Both the position numbers and the translations under genes were made by a program. A stretch of 64,000 nucleotides of DNA from contig CAWGKG010000017.1 in assembly GCA_963823035.1 (NCBI GenBank), positions 64,001-128,000 on the forward strand. The letters run 5' to 3'. Positions 53,833 to 64,000 of the stretch are shown piece by piece. Source of the stretch: an uncultured Gemmatimonadales bacterium (GTDB lineage Bacteria; Gemmatimonadota; Gemmatimonadetes; Longimicrobiales; Gaopeijiaceae). The notes below the pieces were generated by a model that saw nothing but the letters and a program-made list of their open reading frames with translations, did no database searches and was not told the DNA's origin. Each line of letters begins with the position of its first letter. Position 1 is the first letter of the stretch.

Positions 53833-55519
53833 CTACCAGAAGAGGATGTTCAGCGCCAGCGCCATCACGATCACGATCACGCCGAGCGCCGCGGGCTGCT
53901 TGATCCAGCTCACCGCCTCGCGCTTGGGCCGTTCGGTGAGCGAGTAGACCAGCCCCACCATCTCGCTGTCGGGGCGCGGGCGGGTGAGCAGGCTCACGAT
54001 GATCGTGATGACGAAGCACGAGCGTCCACGCCCAGATGGCCGTCCAGAAGCTCTGGGCCATCTCGCTCGGGTAGGTGTGCGCGACCACGCCCAGCCAACC
54101 GCCCTTCACTCCGGGCGCGTTGCCCACCGAGAGGGTGAGCCCGTGGTGGATCGCCGCGGCCACCGTGCCGCCGAGCAGCCCGGTGAAGGCGCCGTGCCCC
54201 GTGGAGCGCTTCCAGAACATGCCGAGGAGGAAGGTCGCGAACAGCGGCCCGTTCACGAAGGCGAACACCAGCTGGAGCATGTCCATGATGTTGTTGAACG
54301 CGGACGCCAGGTACGCGGTGACGACCGAGAGCGCGATGCCCACCACCGTGGTCACGCGCCCGACGCGCAGGTAATGCGCGTCCGTGCCGTTCTTGTGGAT
54401 GTAGGACTGGTACAGGTCGTACGTCCACACGGTGTTGAAGGCCGTCACGTTGCCCGCCATCCCACTCATGAACGACGCCATCAGCGCGGTCAGGCCGATG
54501 CCCAGCAGCCCCGACGGGAAGTAGTGGATGAGCATCGACGGGATGGCCATGTTGTAGTCGTAGCCCGTCCCCGCGGCGTTCATGGGCAGCTCGTAGCCGG
54601 ACAGGCCACCGCCCGAGGTGAGCGCGATCGCGACGATGCCCGGGAGGATGACGAGGAAGGGGAAGAACATCTTCGGCACCGCCGCGATGAGCGGCGTCCT
54701 GCGCGCCGCGCTCATCGAGTCGGCGGCCATCGCGCGCTGGATCACGAGGAAGTCCGTGCACCAGTAGCCGAACGAGAGCACGAACCCCAGGCCGAAGACG
54801 AGCCCGAACCACTCCACGCCCATGGGGTTGGCGGCCGCGGAGCCCATCTCGGCCCACGAGTGCGTCATGGCGGGCTCGAGGCGGTCCACGATGCCCTGCC
54901 ATCCCCCCACGTCGCGCAGGCCGAGGTAGACCAGCGGGATGAAGCCGAGCACGATCAGGAAGAACTGCAGCACCTCGTTGTAGATGGCCGAGGTGAGGCC
55001 GCCCAGGAAGATGTAGAACAGCACGATCAGCGCCGACACGATGATGCTGAACGTGTAGTTCCACCCGAGCAGCAGCTTGAGCAGCTCGGCCATGACGTGC
55101 ATCGAGATCCCCGACGAGAAGAGCGTCATGACCGCGAACGAGCCGGCGTTGAACGCCCGCGTCTTCTCGTCGAAGCGGAGCTTGAGGTACTCGGGGACGC
55201 TCCTGGCGCGCGAGCCGTAGTAGAACGGCATCATGAAGAGCCCGACGAAGACCATCGCCGGGATCGCGCCCACCCAGTAGAAGTGGCTGGTGGCGATGCC
55301 GTACTTGGCCCCCGACGCGCCCATGCCGATGACCTCCTGCGCGCCGAGGTTCGCCGACAGGAACGCCAGCCCCGCGACCCACGCGGGGATGCTCCGGCCG
55401 GAGAGGAAGAAGTCGGTGGACGAGCGCGTGTAGCGGCGCAGCGCCCAGCCGATGCCAAGGACGAATGCGAAATAGGTCGCCAGGATCGCGTAGTCGATGA
55501 ACGTGAGGTCGGCGCTCAT
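53833..55519 (-). CDS. Sodium:solute symporter (sugar; frameshift near the 3' end)
   Basis: DFFLSGRS, SVPEYLKLRF, YWCTDFLVIQR, FLLGMFWKR. Confidence 0.92.
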
Positions 55520-55587
55520 GCGGTCGGCTCGGCTGGGGAAAACGTGTGCGCAGTTTGGGACGCGAGCGTCTTCGGGGCCATGGCCCC

Positions 55588-58083
55588 TCATCGGGCGGGA
55601 ACCCGCGGGGGCGGATCGCCCGCCACCACGACCAGGTCGAGCGTGGCTTCGGGGAGCCCCTCCGACCGGGCGGTGACCGTCACCCTTCCGGTCCGGTCGC
55701 TCGACTGGATCATCCCCAGCAGCAGGCCGTGGAACGCCGCCCGCCGCGCCGTGCCGTACGCGGTGTGGTCCGTCGGGTCGCCGTTCCCCACCGCCAGGAC
55801 GCGCGCCGGGGCCGTCGATCGACAACTCCACGATCGCGCTCGCCGAGGGGACCACCACACCGTGGCCGTCCACCACCTCGACGGTGACGTGCGCCACGTC
55901 CCGGACGCCCGAGCGGATCGTGTCGCGATCCACGCTCAGGCGCAGCGCCGCCGGCGCACCGGCGGTCCGCACCTCCTCGGTGGCCACGACCTCCCCATTC
56001 CTCTTGCCGACCGCGCGCAGCACGCCCGGCTCGTAGGGCACGTCCCAGGACATGTGCAGGTCCGCGGTGGTCGGGAAGGCCTGCGGCCGGTCGTAGTGGT
56101 TCCAGCTCTCCGAGGTGCCCTGCCGGGGGAACTCGATACGCTTCTCGCCGATGAACCGGTCGTTGAGGTACAGCTCCACGGCGTCGCAGTTGGTGTAGGC
56201 GAGCACCGGAATGCTCTGCCCCTCCCGCCCGGGCCAGTTCCAGTGCGGGAAGAGGTGGATCATGGGCGCGTCGGTCCACCGGCTCTGGTAGAAGAAGTAC
56301 CCGTCGTCGGGGAAGCCCACGAGGTCGAGCACGCCCGACGTGGAGCTCTTCCGGGGCCAACGTGCCTCGCCGAGGTAGTCGATGCCGGTCCACATGAAGT
56401 CGCCTGCGAACCAGTCGTTGAGGGCGACGAAGCGCCAGAGCTGCTCCGCACGGATCATCCCGTTCGTGTAGTCGGGCTGCACGCGGTCCGGGTCGTCGCC
56501 GAGCGAGTATTCTCCGCGGGTGCCCCGCACGGACACGCTCTCCGTGCCGACGCGACTCCACTCCGGGTGCGCCGACCGGTCCGCGGTGGCGTACAGCTCC
56601 CTCCGCTCGTGCCAGCGGTCCACGTAGTTGTAGCCGACCACGTCCAGCAGCCCCATGAACCCCTCGGTGGTGGCTCCGTCGTCCGCGGCGATGTGGTCGT
56701 TGCCGGTGGTGACCGGGCGGGTCGGGTCCTCCCGGTGGGCGATGTCGCGCAGGCCGCGGAGCACCGCCTCGCCCCCCTCGGCGTGCTGCTCCCCGATCTC
56801 GTTGCCCAGGCTCCACAGCACCACGGACGGATGGTTCCGGTCGCGACTGGAGGAAGTCGACCAGGTCGCGCTCGCCCCACTCGGCGAAGTACTCGTGGTA
56901 GCCGTGCGGCACCTTCCCGTGCGTCCATTCGTCGAACGCCTCGTCCATCACCAGGAGCCCGAGCCGGTCGCACAGGTCCAGGAACTCGGGAGCCGGCGGG
57001 TTGTGGGCGGTGCGGATCGCGTTGACGCCCATCCCCTTGAGCAGGACGCAGGCGTCGCTCCCACACGGCCTCGGGGACCGCCGCGCCGACGGGCCCGCCG
57101 CCGTGATGCAGGTTGACGCCGAGCATCTTCACCGGCTCGCCGTTGAGGAGGAAGCCGCGCTCCGCGTCGAAGACGGCGGTGCGGATCCCGAAGGGGGTGT
57201 CGGTCCGGTCGACCGTGCGCCCCGCGCCGTCCAGCACCGTCGTGCGCAGCGTGTACAACACCGGCGCCTTCAGCGACCAGAGCGCCGGGTTCGACACCGG
57301 GAGGCGCTGTGCCACCTCGGTGGAGGCCCCGGCCCGCACCTCGAACGGCGTCTCCGCGCGGGCGACCTCCTCGCCCCTTCCGTCCAGGACGGCCGTCCGC
57401 AGCGTACCCGCTCGGGAACCGGCATCGTCGTTCACCAGCGTGGTGCGCGCGGCCACGACGGCGGCCGTGCCCTCGACCTCGGGGGTGGTCACGTACGTGC
57501 CCCACAGGCCCACGTGCAGCGGATCGGTCACCACGAGCCAGACGTGCCGGTAGATCCCGCTCCCCGAGTACCACCTCGAGTTCGGCTGCCGCGAGTTGTC
57601 GACGCGCACGGCCACCACGTTGTCGCCGGCGGTCAGGTGCGGCGTGAGATCGTACGCGAAGCTCACGTACCCGTTCGGTCGGTGGCCGAGGAGGTGGCCG
57701 TTGATCCAGACGTCCGCGTTCTGGTAGACCCCGTCCAGCTCGATGGTGACGCGGCGGCCCCGCCACGCGTCGTCGAAGGCGAAGGAGCGGCGGTACCAGC
57801 CCACGCCCGTGGGCAGATAGCCACCGCCGCCCCCGGTCGGCGCGTTCTGATCGTAGGGGCCCTCGACGCTCCAGTCGTGCGGAAGGTCGAGCGTTCGCCA
57901 CCCGACGGCGTCGAAGGCGCGCGCCTCGGCTCCCGCCGGGTCCCCGCGGGTGAAGCGCCAGCCGTAGTCCAGCGACAGGCGCCGGGCCTGCATACCCGTG
58001 CCGGCGCGCTGTGCGGCGAGTGGGCCCGCTGCGCAGGCGACCACGCCAAGGGTCGAGAGGACCAGCCGCCACCGACGCCTCAT
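55588..58083 (-). CDS. GH2 beta-galactosidase-like (frameshifted)
   Basis: [46 protein letters not shown]. Confidence 0.9.
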
Positions 58084-60686
58084 CGTGCCTCCTCCGGTGC
58101 CTCGCTGCCGGGAATCCTGAACTTCGGGGCGTCACCATCCGCCATCGCGACGCGCTCGCCATCGACGTAGAGGGCCGCGCGCACACGCCCCGACGCGGTG
58201 AAGGGTCCATCGTACAGCGGGGCGTCGGGCCCCGGCTCCCCGCCGTCCGTCGCGACACGTACGATCCACGGCCCCACGTCGCCACCCACGCTCACGCCGT
58301 CGCTCAGGACGCGGGTGCGCTCCCCGTCACGCACGATGGCCAGCGCGTACACGGCCGCGCGCGGCCTGCGCGCCTCCGTCTGCACCAGGATGCTGGAGGT
58401 CCCCGCCTCCGAGGAGAACGGGTTGGCGCCCACGAGCTCCACCTCGCCCGTCGCCCCGAAGAAGACGTTCTCCCAGGCGGAGGTGACCGGCGTCCCCCAT
58501 GCGTCCAGCAGCGTCGCGCGCAGGAAAGCGACGTCCTTCCCCTCCACGGCGAAGGGGCGTCCGCCCTCGTCGAGCCGGAGCTCCAGGCGCGCGGGCGCTT
58601 CCGGCGTGCGCACGGCGTGTCGGGCGACCGCGCGCCCGTCGATGTAGCCGATCGCCTCGAGCGTCCCCGGGCGGAACACACCGAGGTGGAACGTGAAGGG
58701 AGGATGCGGCAGGCGCGTCGAGATCCGGTCCGCATCCGGCGCGCGCCGCTCCACGACCTCACCGTCTCGCCTCAGCTCCACCTGCTCGCAGTTGCTGAAC
58801 ACACGCACGTCCGGCGTCGACTCCGGCGTCCAGTAGCTCGCGATGAACACGTTGGGCCCGGGTGCCGTGCCGCCCACCTCCTCCGCGGGATCACGCTGAC
58901 TCCGGTAGAACCGGTACGACAGCTTGGGGAGGCGGAAGAGGTCCATGCACCCGGACGACTCGATGTCCGGGGCATATCCGCGGTTGTAGTCGAACATCAC
59001 CCATAGCCCGTCGGCGAACGCGATGGTGGCCAGGTTGTCGTTGTGGGCTTCCTGGAAGTTCGTGGCCTGCTGCAGGAGGGCGGTCTCACCTGCCCAGCGC
59101 ATCTGCCGGCTGTTGGCCGCGTCCGGCGCCAGGTTCGCCCAGGTGTCCTGGTTGAAGCCGGCGTTCTGCGCGTAGTACTCCCAGTCGCCGTACTCGCTGA
59201 CCATGCACGCGCGTCCCACCACCTCGGTGCAGCCGCCATGCTGGCGGGCCTGGATGAACACGTCGTAGCCTTCGGTCCATCCGCAGCTGTAGCACTGGTC
59301 GCCGGGATATTCCTCGTGGGCGATCGCCTGCGTCCTCTCGATGAACGCCGGCGGCATCCCGGTCTCGTTGAGGGAGACCTCCCACAGCACCACGCACGCG
59401 TGGTTCCGGTCCCTGCGGATCAGCTTCCGGCAGTTGTCGTACTGGACCTCGGAGAACGCCGGATCCTCGGCGTTGAAGTACTGCCAGCCCGGGATGCAGT
59501 CCATCACCACGAGGCCCAGCTCGTCGCAGGCGTCCATGAACGCCGGCGCGTGAGCGTAGTGGGAGAGGCGCACGAAGTCGAAGCCCGCCTCCTTGATCTT
59601 CCGTGCGTCGCGGTGCTGCGCCGCGTCGGAGAGCGCGTATCCCACCCACGGATACTCCTGGTGACGGTTGGCTCCCCGCAGGAACATGCGCTCGCCGTTG
59701 ATGCGGAAGCCGTCCGCCGAGATGTCGATGCGGCGGATGCCGACGCGCGTCGACTCCTCGTCGACCACGGCGCCGTCCTCGATCACCTCCGTGTGGAGCG
59801 TGTGCAGGGTGGGGCGTCGGGGGCTCCACAGCGCCGGCGACGGCACGTGGAGATCCCCCTCCACGTGCGTGGCCCCGCCCGCCCCGAGGCGCACGGGGTC
59901 GGACCACGCCTCGGCGACCATGCCCTCCTCCGCGCCGAAGAGGCGATGTCGCACCCGGAAGGCGCGCCCCACGCGGTCGTCGTTCCGCACGTGGACCCGG
60001 ACCCGTACGGTGGCCCGTTCGGTGGAAGCCTCCGCGCAGGTGACGAACACTCCGCCCCCGGCGGGCTCGTCGGCGAGGATCGGATCCGTGATGTGGAGCG
60101 GGTCCTTGAGGATCAGGTGCGCGTTGCGGTAGAGGCCGTGGTACGGGTTGAAGTCGAGCTGCGCGAGGGGCTTCGGGCCGGTCACGGCGTTGTCGCGGTT
60201 GTCCAGGCGGACGGCCACCACGTTGTCTCCACCGACGACGACGTCGTCCGTGATGTCGAAGGCGAAGGGAAGCCATCCGCCCAGATGGCGACCGAGCCGC
60301 GCGCCGTTGAGCCAGACGTCGGCGACGTTCATGGCGGCCTCGAACTTCAGGAAGACCTTGCGCCCCCTGCTCTCCTCCCCGAGGTGGAAGGCCTTGCGAT
60401 ACCAACAGATGCCCTGCCACTGCGCGGTCGCGCTCCCGGGTTCGCCGGTCACAACGTTCTCGATGCGCGCCGTGTGCGGGAGGGTGGCCGCGCTCCACGC
60501 GGCGTCGTCGAACCCGACGGCCGAGGCGCCGTCCACGTCCCCGAGGAGGAAGCGCCACCCCGGATTGAAGTCTCGCCGCACCGCCCCGGGGCGAAGGACC
60601 ACGTCCACCCTTCCCGGGAGCTTCGGATCGAGGGCCAGGACGGCGCCCGCCACCGCCGTGTGTCGCACGAACTCGCGTCTCTTCAT
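58080..60686 (-). CDS. GH2 glycoside hydrolase with Tat signal
   Basis: MKRREF, GANRHQEYP, VRLSHY, LWEVSLNE, SEYGDW. Confidence 0.9.
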   Translation of the reverse strand: MKRREFVRHTAVAGAVLALDPKLPGRVDVVLRPGAVRRDFNPGWRFLLGDVDGASAVGFDDAAWSAATLPHTARIENVVTGEPGSATAQWQGICWYRKAFHLGEESRGRKVFLKFEAAMNVADVWLNGARLGRHLGGWLPFAFDITDDVVVGGDNVVAVRLDNRDNAVTGPKPLAQLDFNPYHGLYRNAHLILKDPLHITDPILADEPAGGGVFVTCAEASTERATVRVRVHVRNDDRVGRAFRVRHRLFGAEEGMVAEAWSDPVRLGAGGATHVEGDLHVPSPALWSPRRPTLHTLHTEVIEDGAVVDEESTRVGIRRIDISADGFRINGERMFLRGANRHQEYPWVGYALSDAAQHRDARKIKEAGFDFVRLSHYAHAPAFMDACDELGLVVMDCIPGWQYFNAEDPAFSEVQYDNCRKLIRRDRNHACVVLWEVSLNETGMPPAFIERTQAIAHEEYPGDQCYSCGWTEGYDVFIQARQHGGCTEVVGRACMVSEYGDWEYYAQNAGFNQDTWANLAPDAANSRQMRWAGETALLQQATNFQEAHNDNLATIAFADGLWVMFDYNRGYAPDIESSGCMDLFRLPKLSYRFYRSQRDPAEEVGGTAPGPNVFIASYWTPESTPDVRVFSNCEQVELRRDGEVVERRAPDADRISTRLPHPPFTFHLGVFRPGTLEAIGYIDGRAVARHAVRTPEAPARLELRLDEGGRPFAVEGKDVAFLRATLLDAWGTPVTSAWENVFFGATGEVELVGANPFSSEAGTSSILVQTEARRPRAAVYALAIVRDGERTRVLSDGVSVGGDVGPWIVRVATDGGEPGPDAPLYDGPFTASGRVRAALYVDGERVAMADGDAPKFRIPGSEAPEEAR

Positions 60687-63358
60687 GGTCCCCCGGAGGT
60701 TGGCTCGAGAAGCACCGACTCGACCTCGAAGCCGTGCGTACCCGCCGACCCGCCCACGAAGAGCTCCGGGCTCGAGAGGAGCTGGATGCCGTCGAGGCGG
60801 GAGGGGTCGGGCGACGGGCGGTCCGTGTCGGCCGTCAGCAGGTAGGGAAGGAACTCGGGATAGGGCCGGGGCAACAGGGCCAAGGGCACGCGGCGGAGCG
60901 TAGAGAGCGGCAGGGTGACGTCGCGCCAGCGGTCCGTGAGGTCGATCGCCGCGCCCCATGTGGTGCCGTCCCGCTCCACGAGCGCCACCTGTACGCGGTC
61001 CGCCGCCCGCCCCGCCGAGCGCGCACGCACGCGAAGCGTCCACCCCCCATCGGCCGCGGCGAGCCGCGTACGCTCGGTGGGAGCCAGAAAGGTCCGGACC
61101 GCGAAGTGATGGGGCTCGGGCGTGAAGTTCTCCACGTCCACCCGCAACGCCGACCGTCCGGGTGCGCTTCCCGGGACCACGTCCATTCGGAAAGGGACGT
61201 ACGCGAACGGGGTGGGCACGAGCAGTCGGTCCAGATCGCGCCGCGCGTCGTACAGCAGGACCGCGGACGCCTCCTCGACGATCGGCACGCGCCACCCCTC
61301 GCGGCCGGTGAAGTCCCAACGGAAGGGGTCCCCCTCGACGCCGCCCGGGAAGGTGCGCACGGCGTCGGGAGTGTAGACCGCGACCACGTAGTCGAGCAGT
61401 CCGGAGCGCATCGCCTCGGCCGGCAATTCCGCAGCGTAGCCGAAGGCCCCCGTGGGCGACATGGGCTCGCGGAGCATCCGGCCGCCGCCCATGACATGCC
61501 GCGCGAAGAGCGCGACGGAGTCGGGTGCCTCGCGCCCCACGACCTCCACGGCCACGCGCAGCGGCTCCGCCGCCGTGGCCTCGTCCGCCGGCGTGTGCAG
61601 CACCACCGTGCCGGCCGCGCTCGAGGAAGGAGGCGCCACGAAGGCGCCGAGGTGGCGGCCCGCCACCTCGCCTGCGACCGACACGGGTACCTCGGCGCCG
61701 GACCGCGCGAGGAGATAGACGCCGGGGCGCACGTCGAGCGCCCTGCCCCGCACCGACGGTCGGTGGTCGTTGCCGTCGTCCACCGGGCGCGCGCCGAAGT
61801 CGGAGCCGAGATCGGGGAGGTCGACGGTCATCGCGCGCGTTCGCCACAGGACGCGCACCGCCTCACGCTCCAGGCTCGGGCGGGTGAACGGGTCGACGAC
61901 CCAGACGGCGTCCGGGTACACCTCCAGGCGCCAGACGCCGACGGCCACCCGGTCGAGGAAATAGCTGCCCGTTCCATCGTAGGACACCACGGGAGAGCTG
62001 CCGACGCCTGCGACGTGCCGCAGCGTGGAGGGCTCGGGCGGACGCGTACCGGTGTCGTTCGAGTACAGGAAGACCGTGTCGCCCACCAACTCGCTCAGGT
62101 CCTGCTCGTAGCTCACCCGGAAGTCCCCGAACCGTTCGCTCGTGGGATAGACGCCATAGGCCCCACCGCGAGGGAGCGCGCGGAAGGCCGCGCCGGCGAT
62201 CATGAAGCTGACGGCCTTGTGGGGCGTGTACACGAGGTTGAGGAAGTGGGTCTGGTACTCGGTGTTGGACCGGGCGATGGCGAGGGGGTCGTACGCGAAC
62301 TGGGTCGCCCACTGGAAGCCCGCCCCGCGGAAGGCACGGGCCATCGCCGGATACATGTACGAGCCCGCCTCGTCGGCGGCGTCGAACTCGTAGACCATGC
62401 GCGCCTTGTCGCGGCACTCGGGGAAGGCCTCCCAGGGGATCGGGTAGCGGTCCACGTTGGGGAGCATGTTCCCGCCCACCGCGCCGTTGCGGACGAGCCC
62501 CGTGGGATACCACTGGTGGCTCACGCCCTGGATGTCGGCGGCGCACACCGCATGGCCGTGGGCGTCCCGGTAGCCCTGGCTGATGTTGTAGAAGATCGGC
62601 TTGCGGAACCCCGCTTCGCGCAGCGCCTGCACCATCTGGTCGATGTAGTCCGTGGTCTCCGCCGGCGTGCCCGGATGGCTGGGCTCGTTGAAGACCTCGA
62701 CCGCGAGGACGTCGGGATCGTCGCGGTAGGAGAGCCCCGAATACGGGTTCACGTGGGCGATGAACTGGCCGAGGTAGCGGGCCTCGCGACGGCGCGCCTC
62801 GGGGTCGACGGTCATCGCGCCCTTCTCCCATCCGTCGGACAGGCCGTCCGTAGGCGGATCGCGCTCCGGGTAGCCGGTGCCCCACCAGGCGATCGGCGTC
62901 AGGATCGTGTGGATGCCGTGCTCGCCCAGGCGCGTGATGAGGTAGTCCAGCAGATCGAGGTGGTCGTTCGGAACGAGATCGCCCTCCCGGTCGCTCACCT
63001 CCCGGTCCCACACGTGGACGCGGAAGGCGTCGACGCCGAGGCGGGCCAGGTGGGACACGTCCGCGTCGATGGCGCGCTTCCGGTCGGCGCCTACGCGACC
63101 GAGGGCGCGATACGCGTACGCGAAGGGCGCGGTGTAGTTGACACCGAAGAGCGCGACCTCTTCGTTCGTGGCCGTCCAGCGCATCACGCCTTCGCCGTCG
63201 ACCGAGACGGGCACCTCCCGCTCCGCGACCTGGCGGGCCGCTACGGCGCCGGACCCGAGGCACGTGAGCGAACCAACGGCGAGGGCGACGCGGACCACCC
63301 GGCGGGCCACGCCCGTCGATCCGGACTCCTCGACGCGCGCCCTCGTCGTGCCGGCCAT
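60683..63358 (-). CDS. Clan GH-A (GH5-like) glycoside hydrolase with C-terminal beta domains
   Basis: FGVNY, FRVHVWD, EVFNEP (acid/base), HQWYP, VYEFD (nucleophile). Confidence 0.8.
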   Translation of the reverse strand: MAGTTRARVEESGSTGVARRVVRVALAVGSLTCLGSGAVAARQVAEREVPVSVDGEGVMRWTATNEEVALFGVNYTAPFAYAYRALGRVGADRKRAIDADVSHLARLGVDAFRVHVWDREVSDREGDLVPNDHLDLLDYLITRLGEHGIHTILTPIAWWGTGYPERDPPTDGLSDGWEKGAMTVDPEARRREARYLGQFIAHVNPYSGLSYRDDPDVLAVEVFNEPSHPGTPAETTDYIDQMVQALREAGFRKPIFYNISQGYRDAHGHAVCAADIQGVSHQWYPTGLVRNGAVGGNMLPNVDRYPIPWEAFPECRDKARMVYEFDAADEAGSYMYPAMARAFRGAGFQWATQFAYDPLAIARSNTEYQTHFLNLVYTPHKAVSFMIAGAAFRALPRGGAYGVYPTSERFGDFRVSYEQDLSELVGDTVFLYSNDTGTRPPEPSTLRHVAGVGSSPVVSYDGTGSYFLDRVAVGVWRLEVYPDAVWVVDPFTRPSLEREAVRVLWRTRAMTVDLPDLGSDFGARPVDDGNDHRPSVRGRALDVRPGVYLLARSGAEVPVSVAGEVAGRHLGAFVAPPSSSAAGTVVLHTPADEATAAEPLRVAVEVVGREAPDSVALFARHVMGGGRMLREPMSPTGAFGYAAELPAEAMRSGLLDYVVAVYTPDAVRTFPGGVEGDPFRWDFTGREGWRVPIVEEASAVLLYDARRDLDRLLVPTPFAYVPFRMDVVPGSAPGRSALRVDVENFTPEPHHFAVRTFLAPTERTRLAAADGGWTLRVRARSAGRAADRVQVALVERDGTTWGAAIDLTDRWRDVTLPLSTLRRVPLALLPRPYPEFLPYLLTADTDRPSPDPSRLDGIQLLSSPELFVGGSAGTHGFEVESVLLEPTSGGP

Positions 63359-63432
63359 CACCGCCTCCTGGCTTTCTCCCCCGCGGGGGTGTACGCTCGC
63401 GGGCCACCCCGGTGCCGTACACACGGGGACCA

Positions 63433-63453
63433 TTTGTCGATAGTATTGACAAA
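63433..63453. promoter_or_regulatory. Putative ROK operator TTTGTCGATA-G-TATTGACAAA
   Basis: 21-bp AT-rich palindrome with one mismatch between the divergent ROK and GH genes; contains TTGACA. Confidence 0.75.
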
Positions 63454-63510
63454 AGCGGCTGCGGTCGACAAGACTCGCGCCGGATCTTCTATACAGGTGT
63501 TGCTGTCCCG

Positions 63511-64000
63511 ATGCGCAAGATCGACACGAAGAGTTTCCGCAGAGCCACCCGCACGACCACCCGGCTGATCAACCGGCAGATCGTCCTGAACCTCGTCCAC
63601 GAGCACCAGCCCATCTCGCGGGCCGAGCTCGCGAGGAAGATGAAGGTGGCCCGCGGATCGGTGACGCCCCTGGTGAAGGACCTCCTCGAGGACGGCTTGA
63701 TCTACGAGGGCGCGAACGGTGCCACCTCGCGCGGTCGCCCCGCCAGGCAGCTCTACGTCCGCACGGTCGACCGCCTGGCCGTGGGCGTGGACATCCGTTA
63801 CAGCGGCACGTCGATCCTCCTCGGCGACTTCAGCGGACGGGAGCTGCACATCGAGCGCTTCGACACGCCGCTCGATCCCGACGACATGGTCAGGGAGCTG
63901 GCCCGCAGGATCGGTTGCCTGGTGACCAGCTTCTCCGACGTGGGCAAGTGCGAGGGCGTCGGCCTGGTCGTGCCCGGAATCGTGGACCGACCCAGCGGCG
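63511..64000 (+). CDS. ROK-family transcriptional regulator (3' end outside the window)
   Basis: Own translation: INRQIVLNLV...PISRAELA...SRGRPA...VGVDI...GVGLVVPGIVD. Confidence 0.9.
   Translation, partial: MRKIDTKSFRRATRTTTRLINRQIVLNLVHEHQPISRAELARKMKVARGSVTPLVKDLLEDGLIYEGANGATSRGRPARQLYVRTVDRLAVGVDIRYSGTSILLGDFSGRELHIERFDTPLDPDDMVRELARRIGCLVTSFSDVGKCEGVGLVVPGIVDRPSG

Noticed and set aside
53339..56824. 1161-aa GH2-SSS fusion, and similar long composite ORFs (47952-50882, 58080-61847)
   Set aside because: These join separate genes through off-frame, Arg/Pro-rich stretches; each component has its own start and stop.
80..63568. Numerous long antisense or alternate-frame ORFs rich in R/G/A/P
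   Set aside because: Shadow ORFs expected at this GC content; they carry no recognisable motifs and overlap well-supported genes.

Overview
High-GC bacterial chromosome window. Gene content (ADOP permease with PadR, BlaI/M56-HEAT, SusC/SusD, carboxypeptidase-regulatory/plug proteins, tricorn protease, PD40-amidohydrolase) suggests Gemmatimonadota or Acidobacteriota; this is an inference. More than 20 otherwise ordinary genes are broken by 1-bp indels, which looks like unpolished long-read error, so frameshifted genes are reported as single CDSs with approximate ends. In order, the window holds: a GspG-like pseudopilin coupled to a HAMP-GAF-HD-GYP gene; a GNAT; a deletion-scarred ECF43 sigma/Ser-Thr kinase remnant; PadR-ADOP; a lone ClpB-D2-type AAA+ fused to a receiver domain; a TetR-ABC exporter; several peptidases (M1, M28, S41, YpfJ-like); a kinase-RDD mosaic; a BlaI-M56-HEAT operon with a consensus sigma70 promoter; dodecin and Kbp; a DAACS symporter; a K+ channel; an alpha-galactosidase-like GH; a di-heme protein with SusCD; an orphan MotAB pair; and a ROK-regulated sugar locus (clan-A GH, two GH2, SSS). 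No rRNA, tRNA, CRISPR array, integrase or transposase was seen. The clearest unexplained DNA-level signal is a pair of 83-bp, ~90% identical palindromic direct repeats (52974-53056, 53449-53531) bracketing a truncated lipoprotein gene.
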